Assembly: GCA_030141605.1 (NCBI GenBank)
Contig: JAQGDQ010000080.1
Location: forward strand, 310,001 to 374,000
From: Tubiluchus corallicola
Taxonomy: Eukaryota > Animalia > Priapulida
Direction: 5' to 3'
Length of the DNA: 64,000 nucleotides
Position 1 is the stretch's first letter, and each line of letters starts with the position of its first letter. A program made the translations under genes and the position numbers. This document shows, piece after piece, positions 12,952-27,489 of this stretch. Under the pieces are notes generated by a model. It was not told the origin of the DNA, did not search any database, and saw only the letters and a program-made list of their open reading frames with translations.

Positions 12952-14879
12952 TGTGACCGTGCATAGCAAAGCTGTCCATAGTGCACTAGGTATCAATTTT
13001 TAGTTATATGCATATTCTTATTCTCCTGTTCATGCTGATTATTTTGGTACCAGTTTCAGCTCTCTAGGTAGTTTCTGAGTGAAGATATTGGCATTTATAG
13101 TTGAGCGGATAGCAAAAAAATCAAAATTAAAATTGGGATAAAATGGCTTTCAAAGTTTGTGTTACAATTTTCAGTAAATTTACATAGCAACTGAGTAAGG
13201 TGTTGGTTGCTATGGGGTTTGGGAGAGTACTATTAAGTATAATTTCCTTTCTGGCAGTTTGTATGCAAGTATATCCATTGTACCTCTATTTGATGAATTT
13301 TGAATACCTTTGTTATTTACCTGTGCTACCTGTGTTAATTTAATTAAAGGTAAGTTATAGTAATTAATTTTATCACACGAGAGTTTAAAATTTTTTGTGT
13401 TACCAATGATATGTTTGTTTTCTTGTCTTTTTAAAAATTTTGTATAACTTATGAACAAATATACCAGCAGAGTATCTTTGGAGTGTTTGTGTTTGCCAGG
13501 TAAAGAAAATTAATTACAGGTGAGACAACTAAAAGCGTTGGTCTATACTGCTAATAAAACTGAAAATAACTATGCCCATTTTATAAATAATCTGCTATTT
13601 AAGTACATTGTTGTAAACATGCTCCAGGTTATCATTTCCAGGTATACTAACAAATCAAGATAATTACAGGTGATACAAATCCAACATTTTCAACTTTAAT
13701 GTCACAATTACATAGTTATTTTTGATTTTTGTATACAGTTTAGATAGTTGTAAACTGATGAGAAATTAAATAGACTTAAACACTTTTGATATTATAAAAT
13801 TTGTTTTAAACAGGTAAATTATTAACAGGTATCAGTTTTACCTGCTGAGATACTTGTTATGACTATGTTATGCTTAGCTTTATAATTATAAGTGACAAGT
13901 AAAATGTTAGCATTCCCTTGATGGTACTTGTACTGTATAAAGGCAGTTTTCAGAATTCAGTGTCATTTCAGATACCCACCACAAATGATTGCAGGTATAA
14001 CATCACGTAGGCAGAAAATTTATTACCACTTTCTCACGCATATACAGACATCAGGTTTTTGTGTATGTAGCTATAGTACCTATACTGTAACTGCACATGT
14101 TTGTCATGTAGTCCCGCCCACAATTACTGTATGTTAGTGTCATTTCAGCTAAATCAGTCACCAAAATTACAGATGTGATAATTATTATTACAAGTTGGGA
14201 AAGACACTGTCTTTGATATCTGACAAAATTAAATAGTTAACTCATAGAAAAAATTATCACAAAAAATATACATAACAAAATGATAAAAACTGAAGACAAG
14301 GTTTTGTACAACAATTTTTATTTTTGCTACAACACTTTTTATTTATCATTATTACTAAGATTTACTGACGACTACGTCGCGCGACGTTAATGACTCTGAT
14401 TGGCTAAAAGTGACATAACCCGCGATCTCACAATTCTTATCGGGTAAAAATGACAGAGATGCTTGCAACAGCAAAATTTAAGGCATTTGTTTACGCATTT
14501 TCTACAGCATTTCTGCAAAAAACAGTAGTTTACAAACTAGTCCGATAGAGGACTCGGGTTGCCTGCAGCATGCCGATCATAATAAAAAAACCACGTTTGA
14601 CATCATGATCGGCATGCAGAGTTATAACAGGTTTAGTAAGGTAATTTTTTCCTGCAGTACAAGCATCCAAAATGGTAAGGGTTTAATTTTTTATCAATTT
14701 TTCTAATAAAAACTAATATTTTAGGCAAAATAACAGAACAGCATGATAGCAAAATAGTCTTAGATTAGAAAAAAAACAAAATCTGAAAATTGATAAAAAT
14801 TGACTGTTCTGACTTTTTTGACCTCTAGCTCCATAATTAAAGTAGTGCACTATGGACGGTTTTGCTATGCATGGTCACA
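12952..14879. mobile_element. ~1.9 kb non-autonomous DNA element with ~37-bp terminal inverted repeats
   Basis: Left end tgtgaccgtgcatagcaaagctgtccatagtgcacta; right end tagtgcactatggacggttttgctatgcatggtcaca (reverse complement with 3 mismatches). No transposase ORF inside. Confidence 0.8.
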
Positions 14880-15362
14880 GATGTTTTTCTGCAAGACTTA
14901 ATTATAGGCTTCTGCACAGTCTTAGTTATATACTCGGTCTCTATGCTTTTGGCCTAACCATCCAAAACATGATGTTACACATAGATTTAAATTAAGCATA
15001 TAAGTAATTGCATTATTAACTTACAATGCTTTGTTATTTTAAAACACAGTATTTGCAAATATTATGACACAAGAAAAGCTCTGCTTTTGTTTAATGTGCG
15101 ATAATATATATAATGAAGTAATGAATTGATGGTTTTGTGAGCTTGTGAATCTGTATATCTAACTCAAGACATGCAGTATGTGCATTTTTATCTGTCATTC
15201 TTAACAGCAATAATTTTTATTCTAAACAATTTCATTTTTATTTTTATTTTAATTTAGATGCTGAGTGGGTTTCTGCAACCATGAATGTTGCTTCATGAGA
15301 AGTTGTTTTATCTGACCAAGACTTCTTGCTGCTGAGTCGTTTTTTGTCATCAGCTCACCAAA

Positions 15363-18300
15363 ATGGGAAGTAAACTTTCTTGCTGCGTAGCATCAACTAA
15401 CAGTCCGAGATCAAATCAGAGGCGAAAGGAAGAAAGCTATCAAGTAGGTGACACAATTGATAAAGCAATCAGAGAGGATATTCAACCTAGCTTACAACAT
15501 ATCAGTGACAGAGAACCAGAAGGTAATATTGTTCTATGACTTTGAGTTTTGTCATTAGAGTTTGACTATCAGATCACTAGTATAATAGTTTTATGACAGT
15601 AATAGATAATTTAATGAATACTAAATTTATTCACTAGCGCAAGCTGCATGCATGTGAGACTATGTATCCATATGCTGATTTTTTTCACTATTATTTTAGG
15701 CATCCAGTTTTCTTAGGGATCTACTATGTTAACTTTCAAATGCAGAGGAATATAGTCACAAAAATTGCAAGGTAGAGACACCTGGGGTAGAGGCGGTAAA
15801 AGTGGTATGGTGATTAGTTTCCTTTGTCATAGGGTTAAGGACAATGGAAATCGTTTGCCATTCCAACTATTCCTAAAGCTTTGATCAAAACTCTTTTTTA
15901 TTAAGTATTTAGGTATGGGGCAAATGTATGGCCCTAAAACGGACCTAGACAAGAGCTAAAATGTGAAAATTAGGGCAGACAGCATGTAGAGGTCAAGGGT
16001 CACAAAACATTCGGGTCATGGACAGTGTGGTAAACAGTGACCTCGATCAGACGGTCATGGACACATAGGAAATAGATCACTTCATAACACTCAAACACTC
16101 CAAAATTGTAGTACATAGAATCGCAAAACTTGCAAAGGCAATATCTGGCATAGGGAGCTTTCAAAATGCTATGGCGACCTGGGATTTTGATCTAAGGGTC
16201 AAGGACACTATTATTGTCCAACTCATCCTAGGACTTTGAGTTAAGCGATATTTTTAGTGAGCATTAGAGGTACTATGATGTAGGTGTGCGCTGCTTTTAA
16301 AAAGTTGTGATTCTTTTAAAAACCAAAATTAGGGCATGTCTCTCAGTCAAACATGAGTAATCCACATTGGACCAGACACAGCAAAGGTATAATTAATCAC
16401 AAGCACTGTGCACACTGGTTAATCACACTTGATCACAATAATCTACAGGTGTAGACATGACTTAACCATTTTGTCCAGTCTGTAAAAGTGTTGTGTTTTG
16501 TATGCCACAGTGGGGGAGAAAAGTATTTGTGGAATTTTTATTAATAATATTCTGTATTTATATAGAGAATTTTTATAGAGCATTTTGTTTGGTAAGACAT
16601 TATTTCTTAAATAAAAAAAATTATTCCGTACATCTATTTCAAAATTTGCTCCTGGGTAGGCCTAAATCTTACTGTTAACTTAATTTACTTATTATAGATA
16701 GTGATCGGGACCCGTCAACCCATCCAACTGCTGGGCCATTGTTCTTGGATAGGTCTAGTTCTAGCGGAAATAAGCGTAAGCAAATATTTGATTTGTTATG
16801 CTTTTCTTTGTAATTTTTTGGTAAGTTAAATGAGTAAGCTTGTTAATATATTTTATGTGTAGAAATTAATATTAAATGTAAACTGGATGATGATAACCTT
16901 CAGCAAGGCTTCATTGAGCAGGTTTTCTGCTAGTGTGTAACAAAGGCAGATGCATGATGTTACACTTCCTTATAAAACTGTTATATAAAACTTCCTTATA
17001 TACACCTCTGCTGGTCTGCTGGTGAAGTAGGCTCTGCCTTTGAGCACTGCCATAGCACAGGTGCCAGGTACTAACTTTTAATTTGACAGAGTAGGATAGG
17101 AAATTCAGCTCACAATCTACAAAATTTCTACTTTGGTTCTTTCTCCAGCATTAGTGACACATTACATCCTGATAATTTGACAACATCAAACAAAATTAAG
17201 TTCGCTTGTTGAAAGTTTTGCTTCTGATAAGTACATGAACATTACATTTTATTGTTAGAAATTACTTTGTATCTGGTGTGATTTCAGATTCCCGAGATCG
17301 GAGTAGATCAAGCCACAGTAGTGTATGTATTTTTGTGTTATAAAATCTATTATTTAGTTTGGGATCGATCTTTTTGAACCTTTTCTTTGGGCTGTTACTT
17401 CAGTGATATGACTGGTTTTGTAGGTTTCACTATAGTAAAAGGTATAGTCAATTATCATATGTATTATTTGTAAATATTCATAGAATTGCAACACTGTTTT
17501 TTGAAATGTGCCGCCAGTCAGTTTTTCAAGGATGTGAAAGTATGTATACAGCATAATTCATCAAAAATTAAGTGTTCTTATGGTGTATCTTAAGGCCCAA
17601 CATAAAAAATGTTTAGATTAGGGTAATACTAAAAACAGAATGAACTGGTAGGTAAGCTTTTTGTTTTTTATTTTTTTAAATAATAGTGAACCTTGTATTT
17701 TATTAAACTCACTGTATAACTTGTTTGATTAAAACGTCAAATGGAAATGTTGATTTTTAAAAGTGAGTCTCTAAAAATTTTTGTATCAGAATTCATTACT
17801 TATTCAGTGTGACATGATGCAAGAATTCCTCATGTTTCTGAAAGCCTTGCATAAAAAATAACTACTGCTTCTGACTAGCAGAGCTGTGCATAACTACAAA
17901 ATGTAAGGATGGTCTAGTTAAGTTACGCATTAGCCCAATACTGAATTTGAATTTTGAATGTAAAATTTGCTGAATACTGTATTTTTGTGTGTGGCACAGC
18001 AGCATAATACAGCAACTTTCATGTTCCCAAGCATGCAGTATGTGCAAAGAGTATTCCTGCTGTTAGAAAATTGTAGCCAACAGTGGGTATTGTTGCTGGC
18101 TGTGCTATAAAGACATTTTAGCAGTTACTTGGTCAATGCTGTAAATGTTTTTCTTTATGACAAGTGCTGTAATTTCGAGAGATTTATTTATTTGTATCAT
18201 TACTTAATACATTTCACATCAAACTAGATATTTTTTTCACTGGTGGTTTAGCTTACTTCCGATACAAATATGCAAGTAATATATAAAGACAGAACTTGGA

Positions 18301-21300
18301 ATTCTGTCAGCGATATTAAAACATGCACTATACTTGCCAAGCATGTATTAGGATGATTTTTGTATACACTTTGGTAAGCTGTAGGCTTGAACTTGACACA
18401 CATTCAGAATTAATTGGTAATGTCTAGTGGTTGTGGCAGACATGGTAACTAGTTAATTATTAAAGGCGTGATACTGAACTCGGTTTTCAGATGTGTATGC
18501 AACTTCTCTCAACGAAAGAAACAGTTGGCACATCATCAAAGTTAAAATTTGATGCCCTGCCTTCACAATATGTGATGATACTATAATAATTAGAGTAACA
18601 ACATGTGTTAGTGGAGACTCTTCTCTTATAGTTTTACCTGAACATGAAATCAAAACACTCTGTAGCATTAGATCCAAAATAGCAGTTTTCGAGAATTTTG
18701 TAAATCTGTTGTGTTTGCACACACCGTAACATTATTATTTGCTGATTTGTCTGAGAGCTTTTCTACTGTAATGAAAGACATTAATTATAGGTGTCACTTC
18801 ATTTTGTCTTTGTTTTGCTACAGGGTGCAGAGAAAAGTACGCCTTTAAAGAAGTGCAGTTCTTGTTCTACGATATTCTTAGATGATAGCACAGTGAGCCA
18901 GCCTAACTTGAAAAATACTATCAAATGTGTAGCACTAGCAGTTTATTATCACATTAAGAATAGGAGTCGAGCAGACGGACCAAATCATTTGTTGGAGATA
19001 TTTGATGAAAAATTACATCCATTATCGGTAAAGAGATTTATAGTCATGTTATATAAATTTGTACTGTAAAAAGTAATTTCTTATTTAGCCGAAGGGATTT
19101 AAAAAGTAACATTTATCTAATCATTTTGGAAACATGACTTTGTGTATCAATTTCTTTATCAGCTGTTGTGATGTTTTTGCTTTGGTAGCAGTTATTATTA
19201 GGATTTTTTAATCATTTTTATTTAGTTATTTCTGATTTGCCATTTCATTTCATTGTTTCATATTATTAGTCAAAATTGGTATTATTGGTTGTACAGTTTT
19301 TTCTTTAATTGTATGTTACAGTTATTAATTCTTTAAATTAGAAATCTGAATAATGATTGTGATGTATTTGTGAACTAGAAAGATCTAGTTCCAGCAGATT
19401 ATGCTACAAGAGATCCCGAGCACAGGCACATATATAAGTTTGTCCGGACACTGTTTACTGCTGCCCAGCTTACATCTGAATGTGCTATCATAACACTTGT
19501 AAGTAATAAAACATAGGCAGTAATTATGTGCACTATTATAATATTAGTACAGTAATACATGATATCAGACAGCTATTTCAGTGTTAATAAGATATAAAAT
19601 ATAAGATATGCTACTGGACTATTAATAGTAATTATTTGCATGCATTATTATTATAGTTAGCTGTAGAATCGGGTTGTGTTAGTTATCTAAATGCGATGCT
19701 GTTTAGAATTGGGTAGTGAAAAATCAGTTACGCCAAACAGTTATGTTCATTTAGTACACTTTAGCTTTGTGAGGCAGCTAAAAATACTTAATAAAGAGAG
19801 AAAAAATTTTGAGTCTATCCAGAAAGCTTAGTTAATAGTTAGGTACTAGCTACGGTAAATGAGTATAGTTTACTGAGTTTCTGCAATTGTAAGGTCAAAT
19901 TTGCAAATAAATTAATGCGTCATGAGGATATACACAAAGTAATCATTTATCCTGTTCATTTTGAAAGGCCAATATACCATTACATTTAACTTGTTTTGAA
20001 TAGCAAAAATAGCAGGTTTATAGAACTGTGACAAACAAGTTTTAGTATAGGATTGATTCTTTGGTGCGTGTTATTATTTTTTCAAAGTTTTCAATGTTAA
20101 CTAAATATTTTGTTATTCTAATATTCTTATTTTTTCTGTAGGTGTATATTGAAAGGCTACTCACTTATGCCGAGATTGAAATTTCTCCTAGTACATGGAA
20201 ACGAATAGTGTTAGGAGCCATACTCTTGTCCTCAAAAGTCTGGGATGATCAGGCAGTCTGGAATGTTGACTATTGTCAAATATTAAAAGAAGTCTCTGTT
20301 GAAGACATGTAAGCTTCTAAAATTTTCACTGTAAACTTCCATGAAGTGCAGTTCTTTAGTTGTTAATTATTAATTATTTGCAATGACTAGTCATGATTAA
20401 AAGCCTTGAAAATGGAAATTATCATGAAGTTGGCTGTTTCTGTTGACTTACATACATGTTAAAATTGCAGTACACCAAAATTTCAATTAAGTGGTTAACT
20501 TGTAAGACACAAAACACAAGAAAAAAGTGTTAAGTGTGTCCAATAGTCCAATATAAAAGAAGTAATTTTGTTTCTATTTCAAAGATGTTAATGCTGAGTA
20601 GAATTATCGAAGACCTCTATGTTGGTGCTTATAATGGATGTTTATAAAAAAACATCACTGTCGAAATTTTAGGTGCATGTTGATATCTTTAAGTTTATAT
20701 TCATATGTATATTCACATGTGTTTAAAATGGATGCATACTGTACTATTTAAAAGATTTTCCATACTCATGTTGCTTTTGTTTCAGGAATGAATTGGAGAG
20801 GCAATTTTTGGAATACTTGCAGTTCAACATTAATGTGCCATCGAGTGTATATGCTAAATATTATTTTACTTTGCGGGTGTTAGCTGACAAAAATGACTTT
20901 GTATTTCCAAGTGAATTACTTACAAGAGACAGAGCTATTAAGTTGGAGGTGAAATTTTCGTGCCATTTACTGATTGTTATTTTATAATGTTGCTTAGTCA
21001 TTAGTGCTTTTAGACTTCCAGAAAATATGCAAGATATTTCGAATGTGCCGTGCCTAAGATGCTTCAAATACTATCATTCTCTGGTTTTGCATTATAAAAT
21101 GCAAAACTGAGTTTACTGATGTTGTATGTCTCATTGCACACTCGCCTTATAGGCATGTGCATGTTAAATGCATTATACAAATTTTTTGTACTGCTGATTT
21201 TCTCACTGCGTTAATTGTATGCTTGGAATGCTTTTTGTCAATACGAATAAATAAATGCGTTTCTTTTCAGGCAATGTCTCGAATTACAGAGTCGCATTTA

Positions 21301-21384
21301 ACTGAAATGTCAAAAGGAAGTATACGAAAGACCAGCAGCATGAATAATATTGCTTCAAGGAGAAGTGCAGCTGTATTATCCTAG
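15363..21384 (+). CDS. CCNY: Cyclin Y, 8 coding exons, ~346 aa
   Basis: Exons 15363-15522, 16698-16775, 17288-17322, 18824-19027, 19379-19498, 20142-20308, 20786-20948, 21271-21384; 1041 nt with consistent phases. Motifs: [109 protein letters not shown]. Confidence 0.96.
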
Positions 21385-22079
21385 CATTTGATTTTTAAAA
21401 TAACCATTGTACATTATATTAATTATGAAGTGATATTGCTTTAGACTACTAAACAGTAACTTTTCATCATCATAGCTTGCACTTAAAAGTCACATTATTT
21501 TTATGTTGACATATTATGAATGTCATATTTATGTAATATAGTATATCAAATGTAAAAGTGCCTTACAGGTTATTTTAACAATTGTGTCAAAGTAATTATA
21601 ATATTTTGGTTTAGTTTAGGATTTTGCACTCGTATATTTTGGTTTTATTGCAGATCTATTTTTCTTGTTCCCTGTCTCAGTTTTACATACACTTGTTGAT
21701 GAAACAGTTCAATAAAAATTTCTCTTCCAGTAGTTATTATAACAATGCTAAAATAATTAACATTTTGTATAGCAGTGTTCATTTTATTATTATTTTGTAC
21801 ATAGTTGGCGATTTAATGAATGTATATCAGTTAATAACATCACAAAAAGTCACAGACAGAACTTGTATTGTATGGATACTAATAATCAGTGAACAAGTGT
21901 ATGCACAATGATCATGGTTGTCGCAAAGTACCTGTGTTTTTTCATGTTATAAAGTTGTTAATATAAATGAAGACTTGACAGATGACAGGCTTGTAAAAGC
22001 TTGAGCATTTCTTGGACTGCTATCAAATTAGTTTCTTTCTCTCCTAGAATAGCTGAATGCTGGTCATTGTTTTTAGAGC

Positions 22080-22142
22080 GTGTGTGTGTGTATATATATA
22101 TATGTATGTATATATACATGCATACATATGTACACATGTATA
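22080..22142. repeat. Compound (TG)/(TA) microsatellite
   Basis: gtgtgtgtgtgtatatatatatatgtatgtatatatacatgcatacatatgtacac. Confidence 0.85.
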
Positions 22143-25100
22143 CGGATTGTCTGGCAAAGGTAGTGCTTTTGATCTGGCAACACTTTTGTCCATACCTTGT
22201 GTAACTGTAGTAAAAAATAAAAGCAACTAAGCTGTTGTCACTTATGAAGAAACTTACGAATTACATATGTAATTTTCAGACAAAGAAGGAGTAAAAGCCC
22301 AAACAATATACGAGGCCAAAGTCCAGTGAAGATTGATAAGAGTCCACATGATTTGCATTTTATAGTGAAATGCATATGCCACATAATTTTTCACCAGACA
22401 GACAATTTATATGTATGTGTATATGTCGTCAGCTGACTTTGTTGCATTTTTTTGTAACAACAATGAACCTTACAGATATAGGGTCCTGGGACATCTAACA
22501 TATATCTCTAATTTGGCTTTTTGAGAAAATAATGACACCAATAAATTCTGTAAAGCAGTGCATGTAAACACAATTCTAGTTTATGCAATATACGTTGTAA
22601 TTTGTAAAACTGCTTTAAGGTTGGCTTACTCTGTAATTGTATTTTTAGATTTTTCATGGTTTTATGTTGGATAGGGGGCTTTGTTTCTCAGCTTTCTTGA
22701 GCAAGTTGTGTTACAGTAATTGGTGTGCTAAATTAGTAACTTATAGTTAAGTAATACATAGTTTAGCTAAATCTGTTCCTGTTACCAGTATATTGATAGT
22801 TGTCTTTTGTTGCAGTTCCAGTGTATCAGTGTATAAGATGTGGTTAAAATGGCAAATGGCTATTATCAGGAGTTCACCCAGAAATTGTACATTGAACTGA
22901 TACATTGTTGGCAAAAGGTCTTTGTCCAAATGACACACCAGTTCTATCAATGTGAACAATAATATATTTTGTTTCTCACTAAAAGCACTTTTTTGCAAAG
23001 CTGAGAAATTTGATGAAGAATATAAACATTCTATTTTTTTCACATCAGTTGTTACATTTCTGTCAATTGCTTAAGAATAATATAACTTTTATTTGTTGTT
23101 GTAACTATTAGAAACTTTCAGAGAACAACTAAATTACATTATTTATTTCTTGTATTTTAGTGTTAAATCTGAATTATTCCATCCAATGATGGAACTGTCT
23201 GCTGCTGTCATCTGACAATTATTAGCATAGACAGTGTTACACTGGCTCTAGTCATTTGCTTCTCAATAAACTGTTGATGTTGTTTAAACAAAATGTGCAA
23301 GTCTAGTTTTTTTTGCTTTATTTAAGTGTTTATATTTGAGGCTTGTGCACAGCAGCTCAAAATTGTTAATCTGTAGGATTATGACATCTGCGCACACTAC
23401 CTAAATTATTGCTGATTTAAGAAATCTTAAAGTGTAAATTATTCGTATAAGTGGAATTAGTTTGGAATGCGAAGAACTGGGTTACTCGCACGCACCACGT
23501 GTGAACATGCATTTTCTCCTTCCACGTAAAATGTACAAGATACCCTTCTGTCGGTTCTGCTAAGTCATCCAATTATGTTTTCGGGTGATGCCCTTTTGTT
23601 TGCTCCTTTAAGTCATTCAATAACGAAGTAGCCAAAACGAAATCGAGCACAACGACAACATGATGGTGAAACAGACCTCTTTATAGGTTACTTCACAAGC
23701 GTTACCTGATCTTTTTGCAAACGTGTGACGGTTATTATAGTAAAAGGCGTCTTACTAATGGTGTCTAGTAAGTCTGTAGGTGCTACTAGGAAAAATATTG
23801 CGATCATAGAATATATAGTCACTTTGTTGGTTGCTGTCTCTAATTTGATGAGCCGCTGAAGGCCTTATTTACATAGAAACTGTAGAATATAATATGCATA
23901 ATACAATTAACCTTCCTCTTCGAGACCGACAACCAAAATTAGTATAGCAAATGAAAGCACCCAGAGCAAGAATTAAACCAGTTCACCCTCCCGCTCACTG
24001 ACTCGATTCAGTGCCATTTTTGAACTTGGACGCTATATGTCTTAATCACCAGACATTACTTTTATATACTTACTTTTATATAATTCGGAATACTTATAAT
24101 GTAAGCATTTAACAGCAAGCTTTATCCAAACTAGACAGCGTGATCAGACCAGAACTGATCCATTAATCCTACCCCTACAAGATAAACAGCAAGAATCAGC
24201 AATTGGTTTGAACCTACTCAGGGTGTGAATCGAAGTGGCTCAACCATCCATTAACTGGTCAGCAGCACCGTTCTTAACTTCCTTTGCGAAACATATGACG
24301 CCTTAACTACCCAACCTCATATCAATATAAATGTGTAAAAATTATTGTGATATTTAGTTTTATTCGCAACGAATATATGTTTATGACAGATTTAAATAAT
24401 TGCTTAAATGGCAGATTATTTTTTCATTTTCATCATTTTGTGTCAAATTGTGTAGATTAGGTTAATTACTAGATTGGTTTAGTAAAATGTGTTCATTTGC
24501 TTACATAGTTCAAAAATATTGGCGTGATTTTAGTTGGTTTTTCAAAATCTGACACAATTAGTGTTTTGGACAAGGATGGCTTAAGTTGGTGATCAATACA
24601 CACTGAGCATAACGTATTTATTGTTTTCTTGGAAGGTCTCAGAATATCTTGGAAACCATAGAAGATAATTGAATGTTGCACTTTGTAAAAGGTAGAATAC
24701 CAATTATACGTATGCGTGAGCTTATACTGCCTCAAGGTTGGTAAGCAGCTTAGCTTCTGACACTAAAAAGAAATTTGTTAAAAACTCTGCTTAAAAAGCA
24801 GACAGGGTATTTTGCTTATTCTAGTAACCTTTCCATCTAGCCTGCGGTGTGATCGTGTCGCCATGTGATGAATCACTGGTGTTGAAAGCATGTGAAAGTA
24901 GATGTCCCATATTTGCGTACAATGTGCCTATTAATTTCTGTGTCTCAGTTAATGTTTTTGTATATATTGTCTAAATAAACAATATGTGCTGAGAAGTGGT
25001 GTGACAAGACATTGGCATAGCAGTGTCTAACTTTTTGCTGGATTGCTGCCGTGTTTAGATTACCCTAGATCGACAGAGCGAATCCTAAGCTTTTTGGCAC

Positions 25101-25621
25101 TTTATTAGAATCCAGGTCCCGGTCAATTTTCGCCGAGCGATAACCTATTCGATATGATTGCTTACCGCGATATGACGATCTATGCTGCTCTCGCGATTAC
25201 TCGCGGACCGTCAGTGTTTCTATGCCCAGTACGTTTGTGTATAGAATTCTGTGAAAATGTACATTAATTATTATTTATTTAATGTTATATAATATTAATA
25301 ATTGAGATTAACGCTGAAACAATAACAATGCTGAATATGACTTTACTGAGTCGAAACGTTAGTTCATTTGACTGAATTAATGATCGAATGCACCAAATTT
25401 GCGGAAAATTTCAATTTTTTGTTTTTTATAAAAGCAAATGGGAAACTTATTGGACTTTATATTCTATTAATAGTATTATTTCATTAACTTATTCCACCAC
25501 GTGAAACTCAGGGGCTGATCGCAACTATTGTGTCATATGTGCAGCACGGTCCGTCATAATGCACCAAGCAACCATATCAAAATAGGCAATCGCTTGGTGA
25601 AAATCGAGCAGGACCTGTATG

Positions 25622-26462
25622 CTAATAGAGTACCAGCTTTTTGCACATAGTTGTCTCTCTTGTCAAGTCTCTGCTAACTGTTTTACCACACGTTTTTTCT
25701 CTCGCATTATGTATTTGTGTTATCTCACTAAAGTTGTCTCTCAAAGTGGAAGTGCCGCCTAGCATGTCTTGGTATGGTGAAGAAGCAAGGTCAATGCTGG
25801 TATGGGAATGGGTCAGATGTGTTAGTTTATGATAAACTGAAATGGTGTTGCGGAAGGGTTGGAATCCATATAGGTGAAATAGTACCTTATTATCCATAAT
25901 CGTTTCCTAGCTCGTTTGGATATTTCGTCAATGTGCTCATGTAAGAGACTGGTCAGTTAAAACACCCAAGTCTTTCTGTTTTGTTACTGCTATTATTGGA
26001 ACTGACTGATTTGTATCATTGTGCATATAGTAGCCAAGAGTTACATATACATCTTTCTCAAGATGTAGAACCTTTAACTTTTCCATGTTGAAGAGCACTT
26101 ACCATGTTTGTGACCATGAGTCTAATAAGTTAAGATCATTTGGAGTCTATGGTAGTCAATATTTGACTTCAGATCCTGTAGATTTTTGTATCATCAGCAA
26201 ACATTTTCACTGATGAATTTAAATTGTCTGATAGGGAGTTGATGAGCATAAGGAATGATATAGGCCTTAATACACTTCCCTGTGGCATTCCACTCCTGAC
26301 GGGTCTCCATGAAGATTTTTTAGAGTTGATTCGAACGTCTTTAAGAAAGTCTTCTATCCAGTGGTAGATGTTGCCAGAGATCCCATGTGCAGTAAGTTTT
26401 AACACAAGTTTTAACATGAGTTTTTTATGTGGAACTTTATTGAAAGCCTGCAAATACTTCAA
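25622..26462 (-). mobile_element. Decayed CR1/L2-like LINE reverse transcriptase fragment
   Basis: AFNKVPHKKL..GISGNIYHWIEDFL..SGMPQGSVLRP..MFADDTKIY are RT motifs, followed by frameshifted downstream sequence. Confidence 0.85.
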
Positions 26463-27489
26463 TAGAAGACTTCTTGCCGGTCATTTAAAGACTCGAGTAG
26501 GTGTAAAATGAGTGATGCTTACCCTGTCTTGAGGGCAGATTTCGTTTTTTAGAGTCTGTCTGCTTAAAGTCTACAGTAGACTTAACGTAGGCATGATGAT
26601 GATTTTATGTTTAGTTGCTTACCTTATAAATCTCTCTTAACTTCTGATGCCAGGTTTCTTTTTTTAGCATTCTGCCTGCCCATTGTCTGCAACAGATGTA
26701 GTGGGCATTTGATCGTGGTTTTTATACTCTTTAAATGTTTATAGCATACTACTAAGTACTATTACCGGTAAAGACAGTATTACTATTAAGCAGTAACTAA
26801 ATCCCTATAAGGCTTTCTATTTCGCACTTATATAATGCTGGGGACGCTGTGCATTGTACTAGAAATAGTCACTTAAGATACCAGATAGGGAAATCAAAGT
26901 TGAAGCGCTTAAATTAAAATGTATTATTTTTATTTGATTACTTCAAATACAAAATTGTGCAAGAGTGTTACGAATCGACAAATATGTAGATTTGTAAATT
27001 TAGATATCAAATGGTGTGGGTAGATTACGGCTTAGGTGACGTAAGAAATAAACAACCCAGGGGAAATAATGGCAATGTGCACAGAGAAGATAGACTGGAG
27101 AAAACGAACCAGTGTAAGGCTTTTTATTGAAAGGAGTCAGCCAATTGAAAGAAAATATGACAGCTTTGAATGAATTAGAAGTTGAGAAAAAATTGTAAAT
27201 TTCAAGTTAAATCAATTGTCAAGAAAAGTAAAAAAATCACTGAAAATTAATAGAAGAAACAAACATACTAAAACAAAGACTAAAGCATTCAGAGTTGGTT
27301 TTCAGAATGTAAGAGGACTGACAAATTTAAGTAAACAATTAAAGATTCTTACTTGGCTGAACAAGGAAAACTATGATATATTTTTTATTGAAACTTGGCT
27401 GAGAAGTGATAATACAGTAGAATGCTATAATGAATATGTATCTATAAATTTTTCATCAAAAAGGTGATGCTGGAGAAAAGAGCGGGCAT

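Noticed and set aside
18491-18540. Possible extra CCNY exon after ttttcAG
   Set aside because: 50 nt with a weak donor would break the frame, and the model is complete without it.
24800-25250. LTR/PBS-like segment (AATAAA..ACA-TTGGCATAGC)
   Set aside because: No second LTR, TSD or coding remnant could be identified.
26590-26651. Box C/D snoRNA-like pattern (GGCA..ATGATGA...CTGA TGCC)
   Set aside because: Only ~62 nt, with no C'/D' boxes and no convincing rRNA guide. It is adjacent to LINE debris and likely chance.
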